Shown here: piece after piece, positions 1 to 12,928 of the stretch
Layout: every line of letters starts with the position of its first letter
Numbering within the stretch: position 1 is the first letter of the stretch
Assembly (NCBI GenBank): GCA_951406725.2
Contig: OX597823.1
Location: 54,808,001 to 54,872,000, forward strand
Direction of reading: 5' to 3'
Length of the DNA stretch: 64,000 nucleotides
Source: Octopus vulgaris
Lineage: Eukaryota
Program-made: the position numbers and the translations under genes
The notes under the pieces: generated by a model
What the model saw: only the letters and a program-made list of their open reading frames with translations
Databases searched by the model: none
What the model was told of the DNA's origin: nothing

Positions 1-375
1 CATTAATTCAATAGCAACTGTAACAGTAAGAAGAGCAATAACAACATAATTAACAAGCCAATGAGGGGGCTGCCACATATTTGTTTGACCTGTGTAGAAA
101 TAGCAATCAAGTAGCCCTCAACTGATATCATACCGTTTCTAGAAGTAAGAAATAAACGTAAGATAATGTAGTCCTATATATATTTTACCTTTAAAAAAAA
201 GACAGGATAGCAACAGTTAGAAAGTCTTTGATGATAGAATAGCTTGATCAAGGATGATATGAGGCTACATCATGATAATAACAACAACATTGGCAACAGC
301 CGCTGTAGTAGCAGCAGCCACATCACCTGCGGTAACAACAAAATGAGAAAAAAGAACAGTGTGCTGCCAACTTAC

Positions 376-574
376 TGAAGTCATCTGGCCATATTTCAAG
401 CAAGTATTTAAGTACATCGATATGTTTCCTGAAGTCTAAGTCAGCTGATGTCGACGGGGATGGACACAGTAGCACGGGTCCGAAACAGACAGCCACATTC
501 TCGGGGGTCATCTTGTTTAAATCACTTTTGCTGGCAACCTTCTTCAGGTGGTTCAGCACCATTGTCATCGTATC
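376..574 (-). CDS. RhoGAP100F: RhoGAP100F/Syd-1 (SYDE)-like Rho GTPase-activating protein, exon encoding the end of the RhoGAP domain
   Basis: Translates [36 protein letters not shown]...[15 protein letters not shown] (RhoGAP NKM..N.A..FGP motif); acceptor ctag|GAT at 575/574, donor |gtaag at 375; phase 0 join matches the exon at 29202-29362. Confidence 0.9.
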
Positions 575-884
575 CTAGCATGAAAGAGAACAACAGAGAC
601 ATATATATAAATACATATATACATACGTACATAAATATACATATACAAACAAATCTGGATGCATACATAGATGTATGGCTTTGTAAGACATTCCTAAGTT
701 TTGGGATTTGAGTCCTCTGGAAACAAAATATATGCACTATGATGTATGTGCATTCAGAATACACATGCAAAAATGCACACATACACTCACACATGCATGT
801 ACACACAGGCACAGACACATATACATACATAAATACACATACATAAATATATACATACATACACACACTCATATATATATATAT

Positions 885-1112
885 GGGCGGCGAGCTGGCA
901 GACACGTTAGCGCGCCGGGCGGAATGCTTAGCAGTATTTCGTCTGTCGTTACGTTCTGAGTTCAAATTCCGCCGAGGTCGACTTTGCCTTTCATCCTTTC
1001 GGGGTCGATAAATATAAGTACCAGTTTCGCACTGGGGTCGATGTAATCGACTTAATCCGTTTGTCTGTCCTTGTTTGTCCTCTCTATGTTTAGTCCCTTG
1101 TGGGCAATAAAG

Positions 1113-1115
<3 letters not shown>
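885..1115 (+). mobile_element. tRNA-derived SINE with Nin/Deu-like central domain, well preserved copy
   Basis: A box (tggcagacacg), B box (gagttcaaattcc), then gaggtcgactttgcctttcatcctttcggggtcgataaa; decayed copies near 18634, 29000, 35030, 39670, 46730, 47335, 58493 and 59670-60525. Confidence 0.8.
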
Positions 1116-1147
<32 letters not shown>

Positions 1148-1161
1148 CATATATACATATA

Positions 1162-1218
<57 letters not shown>

Positions 1219-1279
1219 CTCTACCCCTGGTATTTGAGTACTCTTTTTTCCACCTTGTTTCACATTTATGTGTTTACTC

Positions 1280-1338
<59 letters not shown>

Positions 1339-1396
1339 CGTGTGTGTATAAAACATGTTTTAAATCTCTGAGCGAGAGAATTATAGTAACTACTGA

Positions 1397-1816
1397 ATAG
1401 TAATGTTTATCTGTCAACATAACATGGCAGTCCTATGAAGGAAGATGTTACTGTTGTTTTAGTCTCAGGAAAGCACCTTTTCCAGCTGGTTATTGTCACA
1501 CGGTTTGTGTCCATATAGAGCATTGCTCCCATCTCTAGCCTTACATGATACTCACAGACTTAGTATTTGTGAGTGGAGATAGCTTTTGTCACTAGCTGGT
1601 GATTGTCTCATGCTGAGGACAGATAACATTCAGAAACCTAGGTCTGTGAGTATCACCTAAAGCTAGAGATGGGAGCGATGGCATCTCTTTCAAATACTAT
1701 GTACGGGCACAAACTGTGTGTTGATAGCTAGCTGGAAAAGATGTTTTCCTGGGGTTAAAACAGCAGCAACATCGTCCTTTATAGGACTGCCACTTTATGT
1801 TGGCATATAAACACTA

Positions 1817-1820
<4 letters not shown>
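1397..1820. repeat. Imperfect long inverted repeat (MITE-like), arms about 165-180 bp
   Basis: 1397-1563 is the diverged reverse complement of 1638-1820 (e.g. tggcagtcctat / ataggactgcca; gatactcacagac / gtctgtgagtatc). Confidence 0.85.
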
Positions 1821-1880
<60 letters not shown>

Positions 1881-1980
1881 ATATATATATATATAAGCAT
1901 ATACTCATATTTTAAAGAGACATTTAGAAACATTAACATGATGCAAGTACATTAACATTTGCACAAATACCTAAATGTAA

Positions 1981-2024
<44 letters not shown>

Positions 2025-2173
2025 ATGTAATACCGTTATGGTATTACATTGCACCTGTCTGTTTATATTAAATTTTTAGTATGCACATTAACATTTTGCT
2101 AAACGAGACGTCAATTTTTATGATAGAAATATATATACTGGCAGATGGAGTTAACCAAATTCTTGAAAGTTTA

Positions 2174-2233
2174 AGAAGTCACTACTGATGATGCCTACAG
2201 ATTAGGTGAAACTAGGCCTAATCTGGTGATTCT
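2174..2233 (+). ncRNA. Minimal type I hammerhead ribozyme in a Penelope-like terminal repeat
   Basis: Stem I agaagtcacta/tggtgattct, core CTGATGA 2185-2191, stem II gccta/taggt, GAAA 2208-2211, near-palindromic stem III actaggcctaat, AUC cleavage triplet ending at 2223. Confidence 0.7.
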
Positions 2234-2644
2234 AGAGATGGTCATAAGGCAGTTACCTCCCCTGCCAGTGTATATACACTGTGCTCTTCTTACAGTAGTA
2301 AGAGTTTTTTAACTCTTTATTTCTAGCAATGTAGGTGCTTTGGCTCCCTTAGTCATATTTAGTGATGATTAAATTTTTCTTTTATGATATTACACCGTAC
2401 ATAGCTGTTTATGGCATTTGCCATGATAGATCGCTAGTCACAACACATTCTTTATTTTTTCTCTTTATTTTCTCTCCTTATCTCTTTCTGTGTTCCTTTC
2501 TGTGGAAGAGTGTAGGTTCGAAACATTAAAGACTTTTTCACTCCCCGACCATAATACTAATACATCTGCTTGTTGTCTACACCACCTGTCTTCGTCTTTT
2601 GATTTTTTTTTGTGAATTCTCCCTATATATATATATATATATAT

Positions 2645-2833
2645 CATCATCAGCATCGTCTAACGTCTGTTTTCCACGCTAGCATGGGTTGGATGGTTCG
2701 ACCAGGGTCTTGGAAGCCAGGAAGCTGCACCAGGCTCCAGTCTGATCTGGCAGTGTTTCTACAGCTGGATGCCCTTCCTAACGCCAACCACTCCGTGAGT
2801 GTAGTGGGTGCTTTTTACGTGCCACCGGCACAG
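2645..2833 (-). mobile_element. RTE LINE 3'-end fragment or RTE-tailed short element
   Basis: Matches 26785-26985 (gagtggttggcgttaggaagggcatccagctgtagaaac...gacgttaaacgatgatg); similar copies near 6860, 8185, 9570, 12058, 37790, 40960, 49535, 54030, 58885 and 62125. Confidence 0.85.
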
Positions 2834-3278
2834 GTATCACAACTACAATTTCCATTTGATTTTTTGATGTTGATGTACTTGAGTTAATAGGTCTCCTCAA
2901 GCACAGCAGGTCGCCCTACAATCCAAGATAAGCACAGCAGGCTGTCCTGTGATCCAAGGTACTTTGGATGGGCTGGGGCTTCTATGTGAAGCTGGTGCAG
3001 GAAACAACCATTGACCATACTATTGGAAGTTGCAGTACATCACTGGTCACAGTTTTTTACATTGTTTTAGCTCTCGAATGATGCCACTCTGCTTGCTAGG
3101 TATGCAGGCCAACACTTCCCCTGATCAAAAGACTTCTGTCACAAGGTTACTTGTTTGCAACTGAGTGGGGTGGGGTACATGAAATTAAGTACTTAATTTC
3201 ATGAATACATGCTTCTTGGTCCAGGAATCTGTAAATGCAATAATCCTAACCACTAGGCCACACATCTTCACACACAGA

Positions 3279-3371
<93 letters not shown>

Positions 3372-3759
3372 TACACAGCCTTGGGCTGGCCAGTTCTTTC
3401 TGAGTGAATTTAGTAGCTTTCATCTACCAAAGCTATGTGGAGGCCAGGTGTGTGTGTGTATATATACATCTATCTGTCTGTTTGTCCATCTGTCTGTTTG
3501 TCCATCTGTCTGGCTGTCCTTCTGTATGTGTGTGTGTCTGCCTGTCTGTGTGTCTGCCTGTTTGTCTGTGTGTCTGTCTGTCAGTCCGTCCATCTGTCCA
3601 TCCATCTATCTATCGGTTTGGTGATGCAAATAGAAAAGTAGAAATAAAAGCATGAGTACATGGTTTTTAGTAATTACCAGCTGAGGTTACAGCACTAACA
3701 CATGGAACTGTTGCCCTTTAAGTCACTCTGTACGTTCTGCCAATTATTAATAATATACA

Positions 3760-3795
<36 letters not shown>

Positions 3796-3886
3796 TATAT
3801 ATGTGTATATATATATATATATGTATATATATATTGTGTGTGTTATATATATATATGTATGTATATATATATATATATATATATTG

Positions 3887-3927
<41 letters not shown>

Positions 3928-3933
3928 GTATAT

Positions 3934-4120
3934 ATTTATTTTATAGAAGGAGCTTCTACAGGACTAGAGCTGTTTCATTCAGATGAAATCTTCATGAAGA
4001 TTTCATCTGAATGAAACAGCTCTAGTCCTGTAGAAGCTTCTTCTATAAAATAAATTACTTTACTCTGCTATGTATTGAGTACCTTATTTACTGTGGTTAA
4101 CCCCGACTCAACCCGGAACC

Positions 4121-4123
<3 letters not shown>
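3934..4123 (+). mobile_element. Penelope-like repeat with a 122-bp fold-back palindrome (3934-4055), in (TA)n
   Basis: Palindrome centred at 3994/3995 with one mismatch; same family in reverse at 51287-51445; hammerhead-like remnant tgaaga-tttc..gaat-gaaacagctcta. Confidence 0.65.
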
Positions 4124-4186
<63 letters not shown>

Positions 4187-4503
4187 GTAATGATAATAAA
4201 CCTTGGATGGAATTTATAAATATTTCAATGCATCACAATATGCGTTTCCACACATCTCATGTCTCTTAAGATCACAGTCTGTATTCCTTGATGACTATAG
4301 TGTAGTCTGTAGTATCTGTGGCCATCAGGTAGGTCATCTTCATGGATTCATTTCTTCAGGTGATATAGTATCAATAGATGTTTAACTGAGGTGGTTTATC
4401 ACTTTTGATCAGGGAGAAGGTTGAGTGAGGTGTGTGTAGCCAGCATAATGGAATATGAGATTTTATATGCATAATCAAAATGTTTCCCATCAACAAATTT
4501 AAA

Positions 4504-4538
<35 letters not shown>

Positions 4539-4793
4539 CACACATGCACACACACATGTAGTCATGTATGTGTGTATATGTGTATGTTCTTGTGTTTGTG
4601 TTTGTCTTCTCACCCATTGGTTGACAACCAGTGTTTGTTGTTTGTTTATGTCTTCGTAGCTTAACAGTTTGGCAAAAGAGACCAATAGAATTAGTACTGG
4701 GCTTAAAAGAAGACGAGTACTTGAGTCAATCTTCAATGCAATGCCCCAGCATGGCCACAATCCAATAACTGAAACAAGTAGAAGATAAAAGAA

Positions 4794-4841
<48 letters not shown>

Positions 4842-6419
4842 ATAACATCCTTTTCTATGCTTGCATGAACTGGACAGAATTTGTTGAGGCAGATTCTTTT
4901 TACAGTCAGGTGCCTTTGCTGTCACTAATCCTCACCTACTTTCAAGTAAGGTGATACTTTCTGTGACCAGACATCTTTTCACATGAAGCCAAGGCAAGGA
5001 GGTAGTAACACACATGCACACACACGCACACACACACATATAAAGGGTAAAGAGCAAAGAACCCCTTTAGTCATGAATGACCATGGAATTGCACCTAGAA
5101 AGTTCCCCTCAGAGGCATAATTCTGGGTAAGGTTGTTTATGGAAGATCAACAGTGACCCATGCATATCAGCCTCCTCTCTTCCCGCAACTGACGTTATCC
5201 AAGGGAAATGCAAAGAGCAACACATCTTGGCACCAGTGACATCGCAATTCATTTCTGCAGCCGAGTCTCTTGCTCAAGAACACAACACACACAGGCTGAT
5301 CCAGCAATCAAATTCGTTATCTCATGATTTTGAGCCTAATGTTCTAACCATTGAGCCATGCACCTTCACACACACACATACATAGACATATACACAGAAA
5401 TACACGATGGGCTTCTTTTAGTTTTCAATTACAAAAATCCACTCACAAGGCTTTGCTCAACCTGGAGCAAAGGTACCATGCAGTAGGACTGAATCCAAGA
5501 CCATGTTGTTGGAAAGCAGACTTCTTACCACACAGCTATGCATGCACCTACAAAATCAGTCATGCTGGTATAATGAGATTATTCATCTTTCATTTACTGA
5601 ATTCTACTCACTAAAACTTACGCCATTAATACAAGCCCAGTTAAAAGCAAATGAATATCTTCTTTGGATAAATGCAAAGGGACACCATCTTGGGGAATAA
5701 TGTAGTAATCAAGCTGGGAAAGTCGTCTGAAATCTAATATATGGATTGCTACTATATACATCTTAATATGACAAGAAACTGTGATTCAAATATTGCAGGC
5801 TGCAAAGCTATCAAGAGAAATTTCAAGTGAATTTTGAATTGAATTAGCAGCATGGATCCATTGAGAAAGGACTCCAGATAGCCATGAAACATTTTTTATT
5901 GAACTAAATATGCACCCAGTAACCATTCTGAAACAGCTGTAGTGTTTCACTGCTTCTTCCATTTCTTTCATTTATACAACTATATATGTAGGCACACTCA
6001 TGGCTCTCTGGATCTCTGGAGCAATGATTCCCAATGTGGAGTATATGCCCCACTCTTGAGGCCTGAGAAAATTGTGGTGGGGCATGGGATCCAAATTTTT
6101 TTTGAAGGGGAGTGTGTGTGTGTGGGGAAAGGAATTGCAAAAATCTTTTTTCGCAGCAAATATGCTAAACCTATACTCAGCCAAGCCAAACTATTCTCTT
6201 CAGTCAAGCATACTGTATGAAGACTGTTTACAACAGTATAGTGCTATTCTAATGTCCTAGTGTGGATATTTTGTAAAGGAAAGTATATAATTATGAAATA
6301 TTAAATATAAAGTTGTTTCTTTCCAACTGCCAGTTGGGAATACATTTTTCTGGAAAGTTATAGTGAGGCCAAGAGGAAAATAAGTTGGGAAGCACTACTC
6401 TGAGGCAATATTAATCAAC

Positions 6420-6740
6420 AGGCTGCAAAGCTTGGAGACCAGGAATCCTCTCCAAAATGAGATGCTACTTCCTTGCATTGAGAAGTCACAACCCTAACAT
6501 TATGGACATGTGATTAGAATGTCACAGGAATGAATGGTAAGAATCAAGCCAAGCCTTAGAGACTTAGGGGTAGACCAAAACTGAGATGGTTAGATAACAT
6601 CCATAGTCTCAGTAAGTCATATTTAGGAACTCAGCTGGAAAGTCTAATGACAGTTGCTTCTGATTGGACCCTTCTGTAGGAAGTGTCTGAGGACTCTGTC
6701 CCCACAATTCTTCCAGGAATACTGAGTAACAAAGATGGAT
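6420..6740 (+). mobile_element. Decayed RTE-clade LINE 3' fragment
   Basis: Degenerate reading IEKSQ..YGHVIRMSQE..RGRPKLRWLDNI, typical of the RTE C-terminus. Confidence 0.55.
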
Positions 6741-8808
6741 GGAAAAGCAATTTGGGAAATGTTATAGACATGGGATCTCTACAAATGCTTATCATAGACG
6801 GTAAAACCTAGTATCTGTAAGTGTATGAAGAGTTTTAGTCACATATTGTTCGAAGCACCATCTGAACGTGGCTGATGCCAGCACCGCCTGACTGGCTCCC
6901 GTGTTAGTGGCATGTAAAAAGCATCCACTATGCTCTCAGGGTGGTTGGCATTAGGAAGAGCATCCAGCTGTAGAAACATTGCCAGAGCAGACTGGAGCCT
7001 GGTGCAGCCTCCTAGCTTGCCAGTCCCCAGTCAAACCATCCAACCCATACCAGCATGGAAAATGGACGTTAAACGATGAGGATGATGACGATGGTGATGT
7101 TCATAAGGATGAGCATGGAAAATATGAGGGGTTGTTTGTGTATTCTGATTTGTGTGATGACTGCAGTTTGGTACTGTTGTCATGTTTGGTACTGTTGAGA
7201 ATGTTTCTAAGCCTTCATGAGATAACAAACATCCTTTCTGATCATCAACACATTGCCACCACATTTTGAACAAATACTATCTACTAAAAAAATTGACTAG
7301 GGAGCTTCTACATGGTCACTCAGTCTGCTGGAAAGAGTAGCTACATTTTCTTCAAATCACACTAACAAATTATACAGTGTAGTCCTAGATGTACAAATGG
7401 ATAGAATGATCATAGACCAAAGGAGAGTTTGAGAAAGAGCTTGATTTTTCAGCTCAGATGCCATGACAAGTCAACGATCTAACATCATGAGATCTTGTTG
7501 CACATCTGATAAATGCGAAGAGAGGGGGGAGGGAGAGAGCGAAGGGAAGAGAGAGAGAGAGAGAGTAGTATTGTTGCTTTGGTTGTAGGCAACAAGGAAA
7601 TGAGGTGAAAGACCGATGCGATGCAGGAAATGGTTGGAGGTGAAGGTTGACAGAGGAGGAATGTGAGAAGGTCAGCGAGTAAGAAGAATGAAAGGGGATG
7701 GCTAGGGCATCTGGAATCATCAGAGAGGTAAAGTAGGAGCCAATGATATTTCATTATGCTACTTATAGTAATGAACGCTTTTGATTATAGATTTGCTAAA
7801 TTAGGATTGACCTAGGACAAGACAATAATAACAAGAGCAACAACAACAATAAAATAGATATATTGATTACACACATAAAACTGCTACAAATCCATTGGTT
7901 CAGCCACAGTAATGGCTCACCATTAGTTGAACTATCCACTCCTAGAATTAGTGAATAAACAGCTGAATATTACACAGACATTTATACCCCTTATCATAAT
8001 TCTCAGACAGAACCAAGTTGTATCTTTAAACTACAGTTATCATTTACTCCAGTGGCTCTCAACTGGGGTCCACATGACCCTTGGTGGGGTCCATGTATGA
8101 TTTTGTTGCTAAAGTTTACGAGCAATAAGTTAGTTATATTTCTACAATATATAAAAAATTTTAACAATTTTTAATAAAATTCCTGTTGGTTGTCATTCCT
8201 TAAGGTCTGTTTTCCTTCCTGGAATGGGTTGAATGGTTTGATCAGAGCTGATAAGCCAGGGAGTTGTGCCAGGTTCCAGTCTGATTTGGCCTGATTGCTA
8301 TAGCTGGATACCCTTCCTAACATCAACCACTTTAAAGTGTGTTGCTGGGTGAGTTTAGTGATGTTGGCATGAGTGCTTTTAAGTGGCGCTGGTGCAAGTA
8401 TTTAATTATAAGAATCTAATGGGAATTTTTTCAGATATCAAATGGCTTTGAGGGTCCACCCATATAAAATAGAAATCAAAGGGGATCCATGGGTAATAAA
8501 TGGTTGAGAAGTACTGATCTCAATTTCAGCCAAGTAGGTAGTTTTGTGTTAGTATGGAGCTAAGGTAAAGAGACTTGCCCAAGATACCATGCAATAAGAT
8601 TAAACCCAAAATCTTGTGATTGTTAAGTGAACTGGTGGTATGATTAAATGCACCTTGTCAATGTTGCAAAATGATTTGTAACAGGAATGATGGACAAATC
8701 AATGAAAGGGGTTGAGGTAAGATTAAAATAACTAGATGTGGCATATCAGCTGTCCTGTGTATATATATATGAGTATTGTAGTTCACTTGAAGCATTGTTA
8801 TATTGAAA

Positions 8809-9079
8809 AAGGTAAAAAGAGAGGAAATCGAAAGCTTCTAACAATGCAGAAAGTTTTATAAAACCTTTATATTTCAGGGGCAAAGGCCCATCTTCAGAAG
8901 AAAAACAGTCTGGGAAATGTCCAGGTATTGTAGGTTCTGTTAACTCTTTCAAATTTCCTACATAACTGGACATTTCCCAGATATTTTCTTCTGAAGACGG
9001 GCCTTTTTGCCTGAAATATAAATGTTTTATAAAACTTTCCACATAGTCAGAAGCATTCTACTTTCTATCTTTTTACCTT
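8809..9079. repeat. Diverged inverted repeat with a hammerhead-like motif in each arm
   Basis: Arms about 8809-8934 and 8957-9079; CTGAAGA-cgggc..tgcct-GAAA-tata at 8991-9020 (+) and mirror copy at about 8863-8903 (-). Confidence 0.7.
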
Positions 9080-9503
9080 CCTATATAAATATTTTGTTAT
9101 GAATGTAAAATTATATTCAGATAATTTCTCATTCATATGATGCAGATTTGAACACCGCTCTCTGGTTTTGCAAAACAAAATGACAAAATAATTTATTGTG
9201 ACTGTTTAAAATGTAGGCGGTATGATTTTGACATGCTTTTTATTGTGTGGGCAAACTGTAAATACTAGTATTGAACATATGGTAAGTGAGGGCCTGTTTT
9301 CCCAATTTCTATGGCGTATGTGTTCCCCAGCTGGACGGGATGCCAGTCCATCGCAGCATTACTCATTTTTGCAAGCTGAGTGGACTCGAGCAATGTGAAA
9401 TGAAGTGTTTTGCTCAAGAACACAATGTGTCGTCCGCTCCAGGAATTGAAACCACAATCTTACGATCATGATGCTGACACCCTAACCACTAAGCTACATG
9501 CCT

Positions 9504-9551
<48 letters not shown>

Positions 9552-10858
9552 TTAGTTGGTGACACTATTGGTACTGGTGCTATGTAAAAAGCACCCAGTA
9601 CACTCTGTAAAGTGGTTGGCATTAGGAAGGGCATCCAGCTGTAGAAACCATGCCAAACCAGGCAATACATGTTGGCACAGTCCTCTGCCTTGCAAGCTCC
9701 TGTCAAACCATCCATCCCATATGAGCATGGGAAACATATTAAATGATGATAATGAGGATAATGGTATATATATAAATATATGCTGTGTGTGTATATATTG
9801 TGTGTATATACATTGTGTATATATATGCATGCATGCATGCATTCTGCCTGCCTGCCTACCTGGCTACCTATGTATGTATGTATGTTTCTATCTATCTATA
9901 TTATTGACATCATAAGAATTTAGAAATTTTGAAGGAATGTGAAATAATTCTATTTTGAAATGGTGAAATTGGAAGCAGATAATGCTGTGAATAATGGGGT
10001 ATAAATGTTGGGTTAAAAAAAATCTTTGGATTAAAAAACTGAAAGACTACCAGTGTGATGGCAGCCTTTGATTTTTCATATCCAAATTGCTTTTTAATCA
10101 CATATTCACATGGTATTATTTATAGCATTATCCGCTTCCAGTTTCATCATTCCAAAACAGAATTATATTTACGTACATACACACACATCACTTATATATG
10201 TATGTATGCATGTATGCATGTATACACACACACACGATTACTTAAGACTAGTTACTTTAAGACCTTTGTATTTGAGTTAGCAAAATTAAAAAATTATACG
10301 TGTACTCTGTGCATATTCTATATTCCTCAATTTCAAATTCAAACTTATAATCCCACCAAATGTCATGAAAAAGTGATTATCTCCCTTGTACTGTTTGACT
10401 GCTAGAGTACTACACTGGTATGTGATTTAACAGAATTAAAAAAAAAAATTTATTTGTCTACTTCTGAATTGTTTCATAAAAAATAAAATATAGTAAGATA
10501 AAATTCAATAACCTGAATGGGTGATTCAGCTTTTATTTCTAGCAACAGATATTCTCCAATTTACAAGACACAATCTAACCAGTTTAGGTAGCAAACATTC
10601 AGGGATGATTATAAATGTATATCGTCCCTGTCAATATAACCACTTATTATTATAGGTGGATCCTCTATTTGACATCTGAAAGTGCATCACAAATGTGTGA
10701 GTATATATTTATGTGGGCATGGCTGTGTGATAAGAAGTTTGCTTCCCAACCACATGGTTCTGGGTTCAGTCCTGGCACCTTGGGTAAGTGTCTTCTACTA
10801 TAGCCTCAGGCCAACCAAAGATGGAAAGTGAAAGAAGTCAATCGTGTGCATGTGTGTG

Positions 10859-10893
<35 letters not shown>

Positions 10894-10990
10894 GAGTAAA
10901 CACATAAATGTGAAACATGGTGGAAAAAAGAGTACTCAAATACCAGTGGTAGAGTAATATGCTTTATTTAAAGCAGCAGAAAATTCAACA

Positions 10991-11036
10991 AAACCTGTTA
11001 CTCTGAGTTTCCCGTTGCTGTTCATCGGACAGTTTT
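10991..11036 (-). ncRNA. Hammerhead-like motif with variant core CCGATGA in a short TA-embedded repeat (10890-11045)
   Basis: Minus strand aaactgt-CCGATGA-acagcaacgg-GAAA-ctcagag-TA-acaggttt; stem II is poor; another fragment of the family at 1216-1283. Confidence 0.5.
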
Positions 11037-11061
11037 TGCTAGAATATTCTATTCTATAAAG

Positions 11062-11112
<51 letters not shown>

Positions 11113-11153
11113 TTGTGTATGTATATATATATATATATAGTCTTCCTTAAAAC

Positions 11154-11202
11154 AAATTTTGATAAGGTTCGTTTTTTCAAGAAGAACCGAAACGTAAAAT
11201 TT
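11154..11202 (+). ncRNA. Minimal hammerhead ribozyme, U3-A8 core variant
   Basis: aaatt-TTGATAA-GGTTC-(13 nt loop)-GAACC-GAAA-CGT-A-aaattt; palindromic stem III ACGT, GUA site; flanked by (TA)n. Confidence 0.6.
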
Positions 11203-11253
11203 CTAAGAAAATTAAAATTTATCTTATATAGTGGCATTTTCAAACTTCTTTTT

Positions 11254-11289
<36 letters not shown>

Positions 11290-11330
11290 CATTGTCTTAT
11301 TGGCTGAGATTATGACAGGAATGACTCAAG

Positions 11331-11601
11331 CAGTGTTTCTCAACCGTTTTTTTTTTACCTATGGACTCCTTTGATTCCTATTATACTTCAAGCCATTCAA
11401 TGTTTTAAAAAAATCCTATTATATCGTTATAATTAAATATTAGGAATTGCATAAAAATAATTATTGAAATATTTTGTGTATTGTAGAATTATAAACAAGT
11501 TATTGCTCATAGATTTTAACAACAAAAATTTAATGTCGACTCCCATAGGCCATATGGACCCTAGTTGAACATCAAGTTGAGTACAAAGTTGAGTACCACT
11601 G
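11331..11601. mobile_element. hAT (Charlie-like) non-autonomous element
   Basis: TIRs cagtgtttctcaac / gttgagtaccactg; same family at 8070-8516, about 22325 and 62499-62725. Confidence 0.7.
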
Positions 11602-12385
11602 ATCTAGAGTGTCATGTCAAGGCAACTCTCAAACATTGCCTTGGTATGTAACTCAGTCACTCTTGGAGCAAACTCACTTAATAAAAATCGTTATGTGTTG
11701 CTTTATGTATTCAGTTCTCTCTTTTTCTGTTTATGAAAAAAAATGTTCAGACACCCCCCCCCAATTCATGCATGCGTGTATTCTGGCCTAGGACATAAAT
11801 GACTAGGTATTCTTTTATTCTTTTACTTGTTTCAGTCACTTGATTGCGGCCATGCTGGAGCACCTTAAAGGGTTTTAGTCAAAGAAATCAACCCCAGGAC
11901 TTATTCTTTGCAAGCCTAGTACTTACTCTATTAGTCTCTTTTGCTGAACTGCTAAGTTAAGGGGGACACAAATACTTCAGCATTGGTTGTCAAGAGACTA
12001 TGACAGTGCAAACACAAACACACACACACACACACGCACGCACAAACATATATATATATCATCATCGTCCGCTTTCCATGCTAGCATGGGTTGGACGATT
12101 TGACTGAGGACTGGCGAACCAGATGGCTGCGTCAGGCTCCAATCTGATCTGGCAGAGTTTCTACAGCTGGATGCCCTTCATAACACCAACCACTCCGAGA
12201 GTGTAGTGGGTGCTTTTACATGCCACCGGCACGAGGGCCAGTCAGGCGGTTCTGGCAATGGCCATGCTCGAAATGGTATTTTTTACATGCCACCTGCACA
12301 GGAGTCAGTCCAGCGGCACTGGCAACAACCTCACTCACATGTTTTGTTCACGTGCCACTGGCACAACTGCCAGTAAGGCGATGCT

Positions 12386-12469
<84 letters not shown>

Positions 12470-12722
12470 CAAAATCCAAACTAGAATAGCAGCCAACAAC
12501 TGATGAAGGGTCGTTCCCTATGTAGTTTGTCTTGTTTTCCATTTGAGTCTTTTGTTGTTCGAAAAAGAGTTCATATTCCTCGTACTCATACTTCATATTT
12601 GTTTGTTGTACATGTTTCATGATGTCCTGTACCCACATATGCATATATATACATATAAATGTAAGTATGTACATATACGTATGTATATATGTGCATATAT
12701 ATATATATATATATATATGATG

Positions 12723-12807
<85 letters not shown>

Positions 12808-12928
12808 ATTTATATTATTATATACATATATGGCTGGCTTCTTTCAGTTTTCGTCTACCAAATCCACTCACAAGGATTTGGTCAGCCCGACATTATAGTA
12901 GAAGACACTTGTCCAAGTGCTATGTGGT

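Noticed and set aside
522-1400. Many ORFs with YIYI, CVCV or HTHT runs here and throughout the window
   Set aside because: Translations of TA, CA and TATG microsatellites or SINE sequence, not genes.
12470-12545. CTGATGA followed by a hairpin (aggg-tcgtt-ccct) as a hammerhead
   Set aside because: No GAAA after the hairpin and no convincing stems I and III.
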